DNA from: Podarcis muralis
Lineage: Eukaryota
Length of the DNA stretch: 64,000 nucleotides
Assembly (NCBI RefSeq): GCF_964188315.1
Contig: NC_135661.1
Span: 47,864,001-47,928,000 of the forward strand
Direction: 5' to 3'
Shown here in pieces: positions 11,575 to 24,684 of this stretch (position 1 is the first letter of the stretch; each line of letters opens with the position of its first letter). Both the position numbers and the translations under genes were made by a program. Below the pieces are notes generated by a model. It was given only the letters and a program-made list of their open reading frames with translations. It had not been told where the DNA came from and searched no databases.

Positions 11575-12520
11575 TGGTGATTCCATGGAATTCCCAGTCT
11601 GTTACCTCGTCCAAAGCAACAAGGTTGGGGCTAGACTTTGCCACCACGCACTGAGGGCTGCTTCAGGTTGAGTGTGTAGTTGCACATTATATTGATGTCA
11701 AGGAATATGGATGTGGGGCTGCCAACCATGAGGCCTGTTGGGAGCCATTTGGCCTGTGCTTTGGCGCATTAGTGTTCATTCTCTCCCTGGGCTGGCATGT
11801 CTGGTGGAAAGTCTGTGGCCTGTCACTTGGATAGGACTCCCCACTTTCCTTGGTGGTGGCAGAAATTATAGGATGGGGCCCTCCCATCTGGTCAAAACCA
11901 TCTGGAACAGTGTGGTGCTCCCAAGCTATTTGTTGCATGTATGGGGATAACTGGGCTGGCTGGCCTGGTTAGCCAGCAGGAGTGCCTGGCTGAACAGAGA
12001 TAGGCCAATGAGCCCACTTTCCCACCCCACCCCACCCCCAGACAAGAGTGCATGGGATAAAGTGTAGCATGAGGGACTACTTAATTTGGTTTGGAGCACT
12101 CAGTATTCAAGGGTATCCATTGAGGGTTAGGCTGGGCTTGAAGACACAGAATTAAGAACTTGGTCTGGTGGTGGGTGGGCTTTGAAGCTGGGCCCCCTGC
12201 CACTACTGGCTTGATATTGGGTCAGTTCTTTGGTGGGGGTTAAATCTGCTTTGAGGGTTTGTTTTTTTTAATCAACCCACCCTTTTGGATTCCTAATGAA
12301 CAGTTGTGTGGGCTCCTGCTCCTTGATTAAGCAGAACCATTGATCATTTGGGGTGCTGGCATTGTTCTCGAGTGGCTTTCCTGAAGCAGCACCCACAGAC
12401 AGTGTAAGAATGCTTAAAACTAACCGTGCATCATCCAAATTGTTTTGGGGGAAGATTCAGAGTGGGGAGGGTGGCCCGCAGGGCACCAAAGGGCAAATTG
12501 CCTTGATCCAGGGTTGAATA
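11575..12520 (+). mobile_element. Highly degenerate DIRS/Ngaro-like (tyrosine-recombinase) retrotransposon 3' part
   Basis: ATRLGLDFATTH*G...HYI (11616-11693) has the spacing of the YR C-terminal box; downstream WRISVHSL, VTWIG and PSYLLHVWG*LG resemble SGNH-hydrolase blocks. Pattern recognition only. Confidence 0.45.
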
Positions 12521-12559
12521 GTGATATTCCTTCACAATTCCAGCATCTATGAATGAATT

Positions 12560-12990
12560 GGGAAGGGTTTGTCAATATTTATTCTTTCAGTTTCTCATTT
12601 TCCCAGCCTTCATTTAAGACTGGAAAGTCTCCACATTTTGCAGCAATTGGCAAATGATTTTTTTAAAAAAAAATCCTCATGAAAATTCATTAGCATATTA
12701 GTGACACTTTATCCTACTCCATACATTTTTATGTGCAGCTTAGACTAATGTACACATTTTTGCAGGTCATTTCCCCTAACATGATGAATTTGTGTATATT
12801 ATTTCCATTAATATATTCATTTCAATGCACATTTTCTGCTAATTTATGGATTTTTGTAAACATTATTTAGTTGCAGATCTGCACTGCATAATTCAGATAA
12901 GTATGAATTTTGAAGGATAGCTGTATTTTGGTTCACATATGGTTTCGGAAACTGCAAAGTTGATTGATTCACCTTTAAATTTCTTCCCCT
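12560..12990 (+). repeat. Old AT-rich dispersed repeat
   Basis: The reverse complement of 12675-12696 matches 55327-55348 at 19/22 positions; collinear similarity to 16937-17316. Confidence 0.55.
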
Positions 12991-13873
12991 GCCTATGAAT
13001 CAAGGAGGATTTTGCACATAATAATCCTTTTCTGCTTTTTGAAACATCACCCTCTTTCTCTTCCTTTTCATGAGTACTTAGCAATAATTTCATTTAGATG
13101 GCCAAAGCAGATGGAAGACTACACTTGACATTTTTAAAATAAGAATACCAAGCTATGGTAATTAATATTCCATTTCATAACTCAACACTGAGTAGCATCA
13201 GGCTTTTATTTTAAAGCCTAATTAGGTGTGGGCAGAAAAGCGTGTGTGCATGCACACACACACATTACTAATCTTATCACAACTCCCTTTTGCTTCCCTT
13301 AAAACTGCACAGAAACATCTCCTGAATGAAAAGATACAAATCTCACCAGTGTTACATTGGAGGCAAAAATCTGGGGCAAATCTAGCTCAAAGTCTTTTCT
13401 ACTTTGAGTGCTACATGAAAGTTTCTTCATTCATCTCAAATCCAGCTCTAGACTCAAGCTGACAATACCTACACCATTTATTTATAAGCAACTTGCATTT
13501 TTGTTTTCTGTGGATTCTAGTTATGGAAGTTTGGACATCTTGTGTATCATATGTGCGCGCGTACACACACACACACTTTTTGCTTCCCTCAAAATTCCCC
13601 ATTATCTTTCCTTTAATGAGATTTGTGTGCCACACCATCACATAACTTTTGGCCATGTAAATAGCTGAAAATTGACCATAAAGACCTGCATTGTGAACTT
13701 TTTTGGCAACTCTAATTATGAAGAATGTTGTTTAGGGATGTAACAAGGAGGCAGTTTCCATTTTGATCTGTGTTCATCACAATCCATATTGTTTCCATTC
13801 TCCAGCAGCTTCCTTCAAATACTATGTTATTCATATTGAGGTCTGTTATTAAACGTAAGTTACTAGGTTACAA

Positions 13874-14010
13874 GGACATGAATGGCACTGTGGTCTAAAC
13901 CACCAAGCCTCTTGGGCTTGCTGATTGTAAGGCAGTTTGAATCTGCGTGATGGGGTGAGGTCCCATTGCTCTGTCCCAGCTCCTGCCAACCTAGCAGTTT
14001 TAGCAAGCCT
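13874..14010 (+). mobile_element. Old, truncated Sauria/Squam1-type SINE 5' part
   Basis: tggcactgtggtctaaaccac...ctcctgccaacctagcagttt matches the head of the Sauria SINE copies at 24685, 32333 and 51076. Confidence 0.75.
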
Positions 14011-16936
14011 TGGAACACTACAGGAGTAGTGTTTGTTAGGAGTGCCAGTTTGGCCCCATGATTCTGGATACCCAGTACTGTGGGTGCCATGCAGCGTGCA
14101 TGGCCCTAGCACCAAAATTTGTGGGTGCCCAACCCCTTCATGGGGAATTCTGTGGGTGCTTGGGCACCCAGGGCCCCAGGGAGATGGCAACTATGTCCTC
14201 TGCTGCTGCCACTAAGTAATTTTAGTAGCAAAATGAAGTCAATGTGTTAGTGATAAGAGGGTTTTGGGCTGAGCTGATTCTGAACAGAGTCCAAAGCTTC
14301 AGAGAAACATGGGTTTGACTTGTAAATAGTTCAGAAGTGCTGAGCTGGGGGAATTCATACCCTGAACTGCTCAATTTCAAATTTCAGCAGCATCATTTAT
14401 TATGATACACTTTTACCCATAGTAGTTTTGTGCTTAGAACCACAATGTCATGCCTAAAGTAATCTCCACATGATTCTTCTCAATTAGCTCTTCTAAATTT
14501 GACCTAATAATATGGCTCTGTAAAGAACACCTTCCTTCTATTGCAATTTTTGTCATCAACACCTTCCAAATATCACTGTGTGGCTGCTGTTGCTATTTGT
14601 GAGTATTCACAGATTCCTGAATACAGCATGGCTCATAAAGCCTAATGAGAATAAGTTCATTAAATTAATCCCAATAATTAACAAACTTGCTGCCTGCTTC
14701 TCAGATATCTAATTTGTGACACAATCTTGGCATCCAGCTTCCACCATGGAAGCAGGAAATGCATCCAAAAAACCTCTTTAAGAGAAGGGGATATTCATCT
14801 TCATTAGAATTTCATCGTCTAATTTACAATCCATTGCTGGTATCTATTAGCAAGGCGACACTTCTGCCGTATTTTAAAAACAGAGAGTTGACCAAAGAGA
14901 AGAGAGTTCATGGAAGCTATTTTTCATTCACACACAGCTGTCTCTAACATAGCCGTGATTTAGTGAGCATGGCTTGTGCTTGTTTTAACCTGTTTCATGC
15001 CTGATAATATTCATTTGTTACACGCCAACCAATCAACAATTTTACCCCATCTTGGATAAAAGAGATAATATATCACTTCTTTCCTCTTATTTAATCCTAA
15101 AAGGTAGATTAATTTGAGAGATAGTGACTGAAGCGAAGTAACCTTCATGGCTGACAGAGGATTTCAACCTGATCTTAGTGCAATACTCTAACCCAACAGT
15201 AGCCAAAGTAGTGCCCTCTAGATAACTTGGACTCCAACTATCAGCCCAAGACCACATGGCCAATCATCAGGGTTGGTGGAAGTTGTAGTCCACCACATCT
15301 GGATGACACCATTTTGGCTACCATATTGGCTACCATATCTAACAAGTATACCAAACAGCTTACCAAAAATTTGCCTGAAGTGAATTTCCAGGTGAATTTA
15401 TCACTTCCAATTCAACCAAATAGGAATTTTGAGGGAAACCATAAATATTTGCTAGGACCAGCAAATTTTCCTGGTGGTGAGGCTGGCAATGATAGCATGG
15501 ACTACTCATCCTTAGACTTTCACTCATACACAGTTTGTCACACTGTTGCACATGAAGCATTTTTTTAAAAAAAGCCTTTGCAGATTACATATCTAGGGAA
15601 ATCTGTGAGTAATATTGTATTCTGTCTATTCCATATTAAGGCTGATCCTAAATATGTACTAGAGTCATCTGCAAAGCTACTGGCTTGCATTCTTCCATTT
15701 CAGCCACCATGCTTTGGTGTTGTTGTTGATGATCTTCATGGGCAGACATGTTGATTGTCAGACTGTACAGAAGAACCCTAGCATAATCATTTTGCTGAAT
15801 TAAGGACAAGAGGCCAAATGAGAGGCACAAATGAAGTAGTGCCATATGAATAATCACAGAGATGGAAGCAGTAGGTGGGGATGATGAAGGCACCTCTAAG
15901 GATGCAACCTGGGCAGGAGTGCAACGTGTTAATTAACAGGTGTTAATGATGGGGGAAGGCACTTACTTTAATGGGGGACCTTGCTGTGAACTGGGCACAC
16001 TCAATTCTGAAGCTGGCCCTGAATGAAGTAGTTATTAGGAGGCAGAGACCTGTGATGGTAGAATAAACTGTAGCACTAACCGTAAACAGTAAATGGAGGT
16101 ATAACATTTAAAATAAAAACTTGGCCTTTTCCCTGTGCTAATAAAAGAACAGCACAACAAACTTTCATTTCTGGTGTGTCAACTTGATGTAGAATATCAC
16201 TCTCTGATGTATTAGGTCCCTTCTTTTTCTCCTCCTCCTCCTCCTCTGAATGCATGAACCTGCAGTCCAAAGTGTTTCAGTTCAACTCTGTCACCTTAGT
16301 TTCTACCACTTTGGTTTTTTTTAATGTGAGGCACATACTTTAGTGAAAGCAGCATGCCATACAGCAGAGGTGACAAACCTTTTCTCCCATCCCAAGGGCC
16401 ACTTTCCCACATTATCAACATTCTGGGGGCCACATACAGGTGATGGACAAGACTCAGTACAAAAACAAGCAGAAAAACACATGTAACTCTTACAGTATGT
16501 TTTATTTCATCCATGCAAAAGTCAGAGTTTTGTAGACATCCCCACTGCAAAACTCTCCATCCTCCTTCCAGGCAAGCAATAGGCATTATTATAATTCAAA
16601 GGAACATTCCACCTGGACAAAAGCACTCAATGACACTTTGACCTCTGAAAATGGGTGTAGTCTGGGGGAGAGTCATCTAATCTCCAGCTCAGCCTCTTTG
16701 ATCATTCCTTTTGACTAGCATCCAACTGTGCATCCTGTTAAAGGTCTGACGAAGTAACATTCCATTCTTTGCAGTACAAAGCTATTTATTTTTCACCATG
16801 TCTAGGAGTAATTTTAGGTGTTACCAAATACATGGAAGGAAAACAATGTAGTATACTGAATAAAGCATAATTATGTTAGGGAAGGAAGGGTTTTTGATTC
16901 CATTGTACGCAATTGATAGATGGACATTACAGTCAT

Positions 16937-17316
16937 AAGGGAGGATGGGTAAATCTGTCACCTTTGGTTTCCCTCAATTTCTCATCCCCCAAACCTTAAA
17001 TTCAACACATTACATGAAAAGTTTGCAATTGGGGCAAGGGAGTATCACAAATTGTTGCCAGCATTTTGTTGTGCATATACATTTATGAAGGCAGTTTCCT
17101 CTAATATACATATCAATGCAAGTAAAAATATGCATTTTTATGCACACTTTCCCCTAACATACTTAGTTCCATACACATGCTTCCAACTGGAGAATTCCAT
17201 TGTAAAATTGGAGGTATGAATTTTGACGATAGCTTCATTTTGAGTACATATATTATTTCAATAAGTGCAGATTAGATAAAAATTTGAACCAAACCAAACT
17301 TTTGCCTCCATCTCTA
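16937..17316 (+). repeat. Old AT-rich dispersed repeat with GGATGGG...CCATCTCTA ends
   Basis: Similar to 12560-12990; starts near ggatggg and ends ccatctcta, like the copy ending at 43794. Confidence 0.5.
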
Positions 17317-19447
17317 CTTGCAAGCTATTCAACATATTACTCATCAACTTTAAACTTTGTTTGTAACACCAGTGGTGTCATGTTTTCATCTCAAAAATCT
17401 CCAGTGGTCCAGAAATGATCAAATCAAATATATACGATTTCTTCTCACACATGGTCAGTTTCTGAAGTGAGAAAAAAATGAGAGATGAAATTGGTATATG
17501 CCAAGAACAAAATGACCTATTGATAAAGTTCTCACACAAGTAATAGCAGAGGTAGATATGGGTTTGAGCTGTAATTCTGGATCAATTCAATTTTTGTGAC
17601 TTTGAAAGAATCTAAAGATTCTCATAAGCCCTCTCTGCTTCTCTGGGGAAAATAGGAAATATAGGGTAAGTGGATTTCTTTTTTTAAAATGTAGTCAAGA
17701 TGAGAGGACTCTTGAAAGGAATTCATGAATAACTGAGAAGTGAATTTTAAGCATGGATAAACATGTTAGAGTTTGTAGCCTCGACTAATTGATCATGTAA
17801 TATGGACACTTTCCTTTCAAAGTTTAATTGCAGCCAAAACCACAAACTGATGAAGCCAGCAATAGAAGGATATAGCTAGTATGAATTTCAAAAATATTTG
17901 ACAGTATGGGTTTGTGGATCACAGTGTGAATGCTTCCCTTTTTGTTTGGTTAATGGGGCTGTGAAGTGGGTAAATAAAGTACAAAAGATATTTAGAAGTC
18001 CTAGGCTCAAACTCCTGAAGAAGTATGAAATCTACTGCTCACTGGGAAAATTTACCATATCAGTCTATATGTTCATAACATTTTGTGCAGCAGTTCCACT
18101 GCTGACTAAAATTAAGAAGCTCTTTGTTTATGATTAAATGTGTATCCTTTGACCATCATCACAGACAGCACAAGCAATCAGTTAAAATCACAAAAGGAAA
18201 ACAAAAAAGAAGATATTATAAATACAAGATAAATAATGGAAAATTGATTTTTGAAATTTTTAAAACCTGGGAGAATGAACAAGAAAGAGAATGTAAACAA
18301 AATGTATATTGTATCAAAAATGCATCAAACATGCATATTTCACATAAAACATTTGTACAAAATGTGTTACACTTTAATTTAGACTTCTGTTCAATTACAA
18401 AAAATCAACACAAAATGGATGGAACAATTATATTCTGTTCTATCCAATACGGAATATTTCACACCTCCTCTTGTACCATGGACATTACACTTTCCAGCTT
18501 AAGGACTTGGAAATTCCACTTTTCACAGACTCCAAGGACTAGTTCCTTCAGTTTCTCCTTCTAATCAAACTTATAGAAAACAGCTAGAACAGAACAATGC
18601 AAGAACCTTTTAAAACTGCATCCACTCCTCCAAGGCTAACTGAAGACATGCTCTTTCTAGACTTCATAAAGCTTCTTTGTTTGAATGAGGCATAATAGTT
18701 TACAGAACTATGGCCAGCACTGGAAGTTGTCCATGGTCCTGAAAAGGCCTGCCTGCATCTCAACATGTCATGTCAAGTGAAGATACAGTCTCCAGAACCT
18801 GAATATCTGTTTGCTTTGACTTTACCTGACATGATCTTACTTGATAAGATTTTATTTGATATAAGCTTACCTAAATAAACCTGCTGCCCCTTCCCCTGCC
18901 TCAGGAGACTTGGGACAGTGCTCCAGTTGTGTCATACTTACCAACAGTGGCCTGGGAGTGGCTTCCCTATGGTCATCTTCCTATGCATTAAGATGTGCAT
19001 GAACGAACCAGTGGGCAAGACAAATGATACATTTCCTTCCCACATTAATGATTCTCCAAGGCATTGACAACTTTGGTGTGGGAAGGAATCATGCCATTCA
19101 TCCCTCTTCAGCCTCACCATGGTTCTGTACGAACTGAAAGCACTCTCCTGCAAATTCATTACAGGAAAAGTTGCATAGTGGTGGGAAAGCTACCTTTCAG
19201 GAAAGATTGTGTGCTGTTACTGATCTTCATTTTAGGAACTCAGGATGCCAATTTTTTTTTTTAATTTTTTTTTATGGATAAGAAATGAAGCAAATTAACC
19301 CCTATTCATTTCCAATTCATTTCTTTGAGAAGCAATTCTAATATAGAAACAAAGGAAAAATCTCATTGTTTTACTTCTCCCATTCATTTCTCACAGGACA
19401 AATTCCTGAAACTGGCATGAAACATTGCTTACAAAATTGATACATTC

Positions 19448-20026
19448 TGTCATGGACTGGCTGGGTGCAAAGGAGTGGTGGGAGGCATGAGCAGGACAAC
19501 CTCCAAGGGATCCCTCAGGGGAAGGTTTGGAGTCAGGGAGTTGGTGGTGGGACAACAATGAGTGGTCAGAAGGAAAAGAGGGAGCAGATTGGGAGGAGGA
19601 TTTGTTGGAAGTAGAAGAGATAATGGGTTAATGAGCAGGAAGAGGCTGTGGCAGAGATCAGTCCAGAATCAGAGGCAGAGGCAGAAAAGGATGCTGGAGA
19701 GGAGTCAAGCGGGAGAGTGGAGTATGGCTTCTGATGACCTGCTGTGACCAGCTCCCCTCTCCTGTGGTCTCCCAGGACATGAAGAGGAATGAAAAGGGCA
19801 AAGAGGAACCTCAGGTTGCTGAGGAAGACCCAGAGAAGGAGTCTTAGAGAGCTGTGGGAAGATGGGAACCTTAAGTCTTCACAATTTCCTCATTGGGGCA
19901 AGGCCTACTAGGAAGATTTGCTGTGGTCACTAGGCCTGGGTTGTTTTGGTTTCTTTGAATAAAGAGTTAACTTCACTGACACCAGGTGTTTTATTGCTGA
20001 CATACACCTGACTGCAGCTCCTGACA
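19448..20026 (+). mobile_element. Solo LTR, 579 bp
   Basis: TGTCA...TGACA termini; 5-bp TSD CATTC (19443-19447) / CATCC (20027-20031); AATAAA at 19958-19963; its last 11 nt (AGCTCCTGACA) are identical to those of the LTR at 511-957. Confidence 0.8.
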
Positions 20027-21720
20027 CATCCAGGGACTGTTCTATACCATGGGGAGGATCTTAGAATACTCTGAAAATGTAAGGCCACAAACTTCTTCAA
20101 ACCAAAGCATAAAGCAATGGGAAGCTTGCTTAGATAACATCACCTACTTTTTTATTGCCTGAACAATGCCTGAAACCAGGTTGGTATGATGCCTTAGGTG
20201 AGTAGTTCTTATCCTGAAAATTGCATCCCATTTGGATGGGAAACACCAAAGTAATAAGCATCAGAAGGCAGAATGGATCACCATTGTAACCAAAGTGGAA
20301 ACAAAATGAATGAGCAACTAAAATGGAACATAACGGTAATGAAGGAGATATAAAATTAATGAGGCAACAATGTTTTTTTTTTGGGGGGGGGGGAGAAAAA
20401 GACATGATTTGCCAGAAATGAGATGAAAAATGAAATGAAACAAGTGCATGTATCAAGTGCACATTCCTGTTGGGAACCCCTGATGAGCTTCTGAGGAACT
20501 TGGGTTCTCTGGAACATAGAAAGCTGCCTTGTACCAAGCCAGACCATTTTTCATATTTTTACTCTGGGGAAAGGGGGTGTGGAGAGAAACAACTATTAAT
20601 GCAAACACTTGCAGTTCTTTCCAATAAGTTACTCTGTGCTTACAGCAATATTTGAAACCAACCATATGAGGTCAGCGTCAAAGGAAGATTATGTTCTTCT
20701 TAGAAATAACCCTGTATAAAAGTATTATTCCACAATGTTATGCTTATGAATCCAAAATAACAGTGGGTGTCAAATGAAGAGTATATTATCCAGAGTTAGC
20801 TAAGAACATGAATTATTTGAACATCATAGACATTGGAAAGAGAAAAGATGCATTTGATCAGGCTCTCCAGCTGCCTGCTGATGTGGATTAGTTTCCTGCT
20901 GAGCACATCCTACTTTTAGCTGCTTCTCCCCCTGCCAAGGACTTCTGGCAATAAAGGTACAAAGAACACAGTTGTTGAGAACACACTACCATTTCAAATA
21001 GCACCAGCTATTTTGATTCAGAATGTTTCTTAGCACTGCAATGTTAGAACTACAGTCAGAAAAGTTCAGAAGTGTTGAAATGTACCAGCATCTTCACATT
21101 GATGGAAACAGAAATTGTGTCAAGATTGCCCTTTCTAAGTTCCTAAGGATCATCAGAACTCCAGGAGCTCTTTTATCTTCAGAGACACTCTGGTCTATGA
21201 GAAAATCTGGTTGTCTCCGCTGCCCAGAGCCTGGTTGTCCTGACTTCATCACAAGCTGTCTTTCTATGTAAATAGAGTTTCTCTATGAACTATCATTCCC
21301 CTTTCTCTTCTCTCTGGAGTTAAGAGCCCTAGAACCTTCCCTTTTTCTTCCCCTTTTCTCTCGCTTCCAAGTTCCTTAGACCCCATTAAGGTAAGGAAAC
21401 CTTCCAACATTCTATTCCTGCCCTATCTACGCCTCTTTCTTTCTATACATCACCGTGCTTTAGTCCTCCATTTCCTCCACCATGGTACTTGACTCTAAGG
21501 CCACCATATAATGTGCTCTATTATTTATTTAGAACGTTTATAAATAAATCTCCAAGCTATGCTTAAAGCCACAATTTAAAACAAAGATAAGATCAATAAA
21601 ACTTTTAAAACAAATGTATCCAAATAATGTGCCTCGAGTAGCTTGCTGAAACAGAAACATTTTCAATAGGCAGGGAGTTCTAAAGCAGAATGCTGACACT
21701 TTCAAGGAATGACTCCTCGC

Positions 21721-21830
21721 AAATAATAATAATAATAATATTTTTTATTTATACCCTGCCCTCCCCTGCCAAGGCCGGGCTCAGAGCGGCTTACAAGCAA
21801 TAATAAAAACAAGTTGAATGATTACAACTT
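21721..21830 (-). mobile_element. Very short 3' tail of a young L2 LINE with an (AAT)n tail
   Basis: Nearly identical to 45605-45736 (tttatttataccc.gccctcccc.gccaaggccgggctcagagcggcttacaagca.taataaaaacaag.tgaatgattacaactt). Confidence 0.9.
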
Positions 21831-22923
21831 GCAGGTTCCACAGACTGAAGCGGTCCAAAAGGCACATAATGGGGTAAAGTGATCCCTAAAGTAAACTGGT
21901 CCCAAGCTAATAGTGTCATTTTGAAATTTGCCCCATAATGAATTGCCAGAACAGGTATAGTATGCTGACAGACTGTCCTTCCTGTGGTGGTGCATCTATT
22001 GTGGCATCTTTAAAGAACTACCCTAACGCATCTCCACGTCCACTCTAGATGCCTCTGCATCCCATCAGACTGGCTGGGGTATTGCATGGAAGCAGCCTGC
22101 AACAGCCCTGTTCCATTCAAAATTTGTTACAAAATTTGTTCTGGGTCAGAGCAAAAGTCCATCTAACTCAAGCACCCTGTTCTTAACAAAGGCCAGTCTG
22201 ATACGAGCTCAGAGCAAAGTGCGAAGGTAAAAGCATTTGATAGCACTATATTTGTCTCAGAACATATGTGTTCCATTTACATATTGTGGATAAGAATGGG
22301 TGAATCAGTCCATAAGTCTGTTACATATCATCTGTGATCATTATTTTAAAAATAAAAATATGCATGCAATTTGCATCTAACTATGTATTTTTAGATATAT
22401 TTTCTCTTTAAAAATGTGTTTCTACATGCATTTTGAAACTTTTTAAAGCAACAAAAAACATTTGAGAACATTTAGTAAGTGTGAAAGCTGATAGATAATG
22501 AAGTTCTGATCCATATATTAGTCCAGGAGGTGCTGATCAGATCAGTTCTTATTTGAAACCTAAAAAAGCAAATTTCTTAAACAACCACAATTCTTGCTAA
22601 TATCTAATATATCTTTTCCAGAGATTTATCTTCTAGGAGTTTGTCTAACCTTTAATAAAGTCCTATATTAGTAATGTTATTATGCCGTAATTCCAGGAAA
22701 TGTATTTGTACATGTGTGGGGGGAGTGGGGATTGAACATTTGCTTTCTCAACACAACTCAGCTGATGCCTGACTCCTTCTGAACTGGCCTGATATGCCTT
22801 GGGACACAGTTGAATCTATTCACAGCCTTAGCTGGCACACTTGCAAAGGCTTGACCCATTTCAGGATAAGTAGTGAGACACTAGGGTATCCCTCATAGGT
22901 GTTGGCCTGTTCATATGAGAAGG

Positions 22924-23066
22924 NNNNNNNNNNNNNNNNNNNNNNNNNNNNNNNNNNNNNNNNNNNNNNNNNNNNNNNNNNNNNNNNNNNNNNNNNNNNN
23001 NNNNNNNNNNNNNNNNNNNNNNNNNNNNNNNNNNNNNNNNNNNNNNNNNNNNNNNNNNNNNNNNNN
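22924..23066. other. Assembly gap, 143 N
   Basis: Run of N counted directly. Confidence 1.
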
Positions 23067-23796
23067 AGCTGCATTTGCCTCTGGACAAATTTCACTGTAC
23101 AATGAACAAAAGCCCTCTGAAATGAAAATAACCTATCTTTACTAATTTTGAGGTGCTGAACACAAAAATGACAATAAAACTGGTTGTTTGGCTCCTCTTT
23201 AGGAGCTACAAAGATGGTCATATATAAACAACCCAGTCCACATTGTGCACACAATTTTATTTAGTATCACTGTATTTCAAACTCCTGATTGTGACATATA
23301 ACATCCTATTGCATCTGCCCATCATACACACCACCTCCAGGACCAATGACACACAGCTGAGTTATACAGTTGAGTCATGACAACGTGGCTTTATGATTGC
23401 TTACATAAGATGATGCAATTGTTAGTATAAAGCAAAGTCTCACATGGTGAGCAAGTCATTTGTGCGACTTTGTGAGCTACTCCCATTTACCCCAGCTTCA
23501 TAAGTACTACACAAGTGATCCCTGCAATGTAAATCCAGCAGATGTGATGCCTCATAAATGTGTTAATAGTGCAGTTAACTTTAGTTACATTTGCAGGGAA
23601 GTGAAATTTGCAAACCAGAAAAGGGGACACGTTGTCTCTTTATCACAAACGTGATTTTCCATTCCCATTTGGATTTCTTTCCCAACAATTGTGGTATGGT
23701 TAGTGAATGTTCTCATCCAGAAATCACAACAATGGAGAAATGATACCATGAAAGTGGTCTACTTCCATGCTGGCTGACTACAGTTGGATGCAGAAG

Positions 23797-24057
23797 CAGG
23801 CTTTGTGTGGTGTAGTGGTTAAGAGCGGTAGACTCGTAATCTGGGGAACCGGGTTCGCGTCTCCGCTCCTCCACATGCAGCTGCTGGGTGACCTTGGGCC
23901 AGTCACACTTCTCTGAAGTCTCTCAGCCCCACTCACCTCACAGAGTGTTTGTTGTGGGGGAGGAAGGGAAAGGAGAATGTTAGCCGCATTGAGACTCCTT
24001 AAAAGGGAGTGAAAGGTGGGATATCAAATCCAAACTCTTCTTCTTCTTCTTCTTCTT
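23797..24057 (+). mobile_element. tRNA-derived SINE with L2-like 3' end (Squam3-like), (TTC)n tail
   Basis: A-box tggtgtagtggtt, B-box-like gggttcgcgtct, CORE-like middle gtgaccttgggccagtcac, tail (TTC)n at 24037-24057; near-identical inverted copy at 59053-59315. Confidence 0.9.
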
Positions 24058-24684
24058 ACATCTTGTATGTAGGTATTCCTCAATTATATAATAAACAATT
24101 GCAGATTTCTGAGAAACACTGGCCATTTTTGTTTTCATTGTGCAACTCAACATCTGTAAGAAATGGCTACTTTAATTGCAGAGGCATGACTTTTGTCAAA
24201 ATTTGTTGTGCAGTATTTCTGGGTGCCACTTGCCAGTCATAGGCAAGGAGAGGGGCAAGGATGGAACAAGGAATGTAGATTTTACCTTTCTACACACAAT
24301 AGAGATTTCAAGGGCATGCTCCAGCCAGACAAAAAACACTTAAAGAGGACCAGTTAGGGAGTGTGCCTTTGGAAGATGGGGTGTTTGGGGGGAGTACTGA
24401 GGGCCAGGTGGAGAAGCTTGGAGGACTACAAGCTGGGCCACAGAATGCCCAGCCCAGATCTACAGGATCCAACAGTAGCTCTCCATTTGTTGTTCCCCTC
24501 CCAACCTGCATTGGATATTCCAGGGATCTATTTTTTTCCTGGGATCTTCTGCATACAAAGCATGTGTACTGGGACTTCTCCTTGAATAAGCTGCAAATTC
24601 GAGTGGAGAAATGACAGATTGGGAAGGGGGTACTTCACCTTTTCTCCTATGAACATTTCATAGTAAGAAACACTGGTTTGTTCT

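Noticed and set aside
15648-15893. Minus-strand ORF with MSAHEDHQQQHQSMVAEMEECK and nearby 16076-16270 (HSEEEEEEKKKG)
   Set aside because: The protein-like look comes from short (CAA)n and (GAG)n repeats; donor sites are poor.
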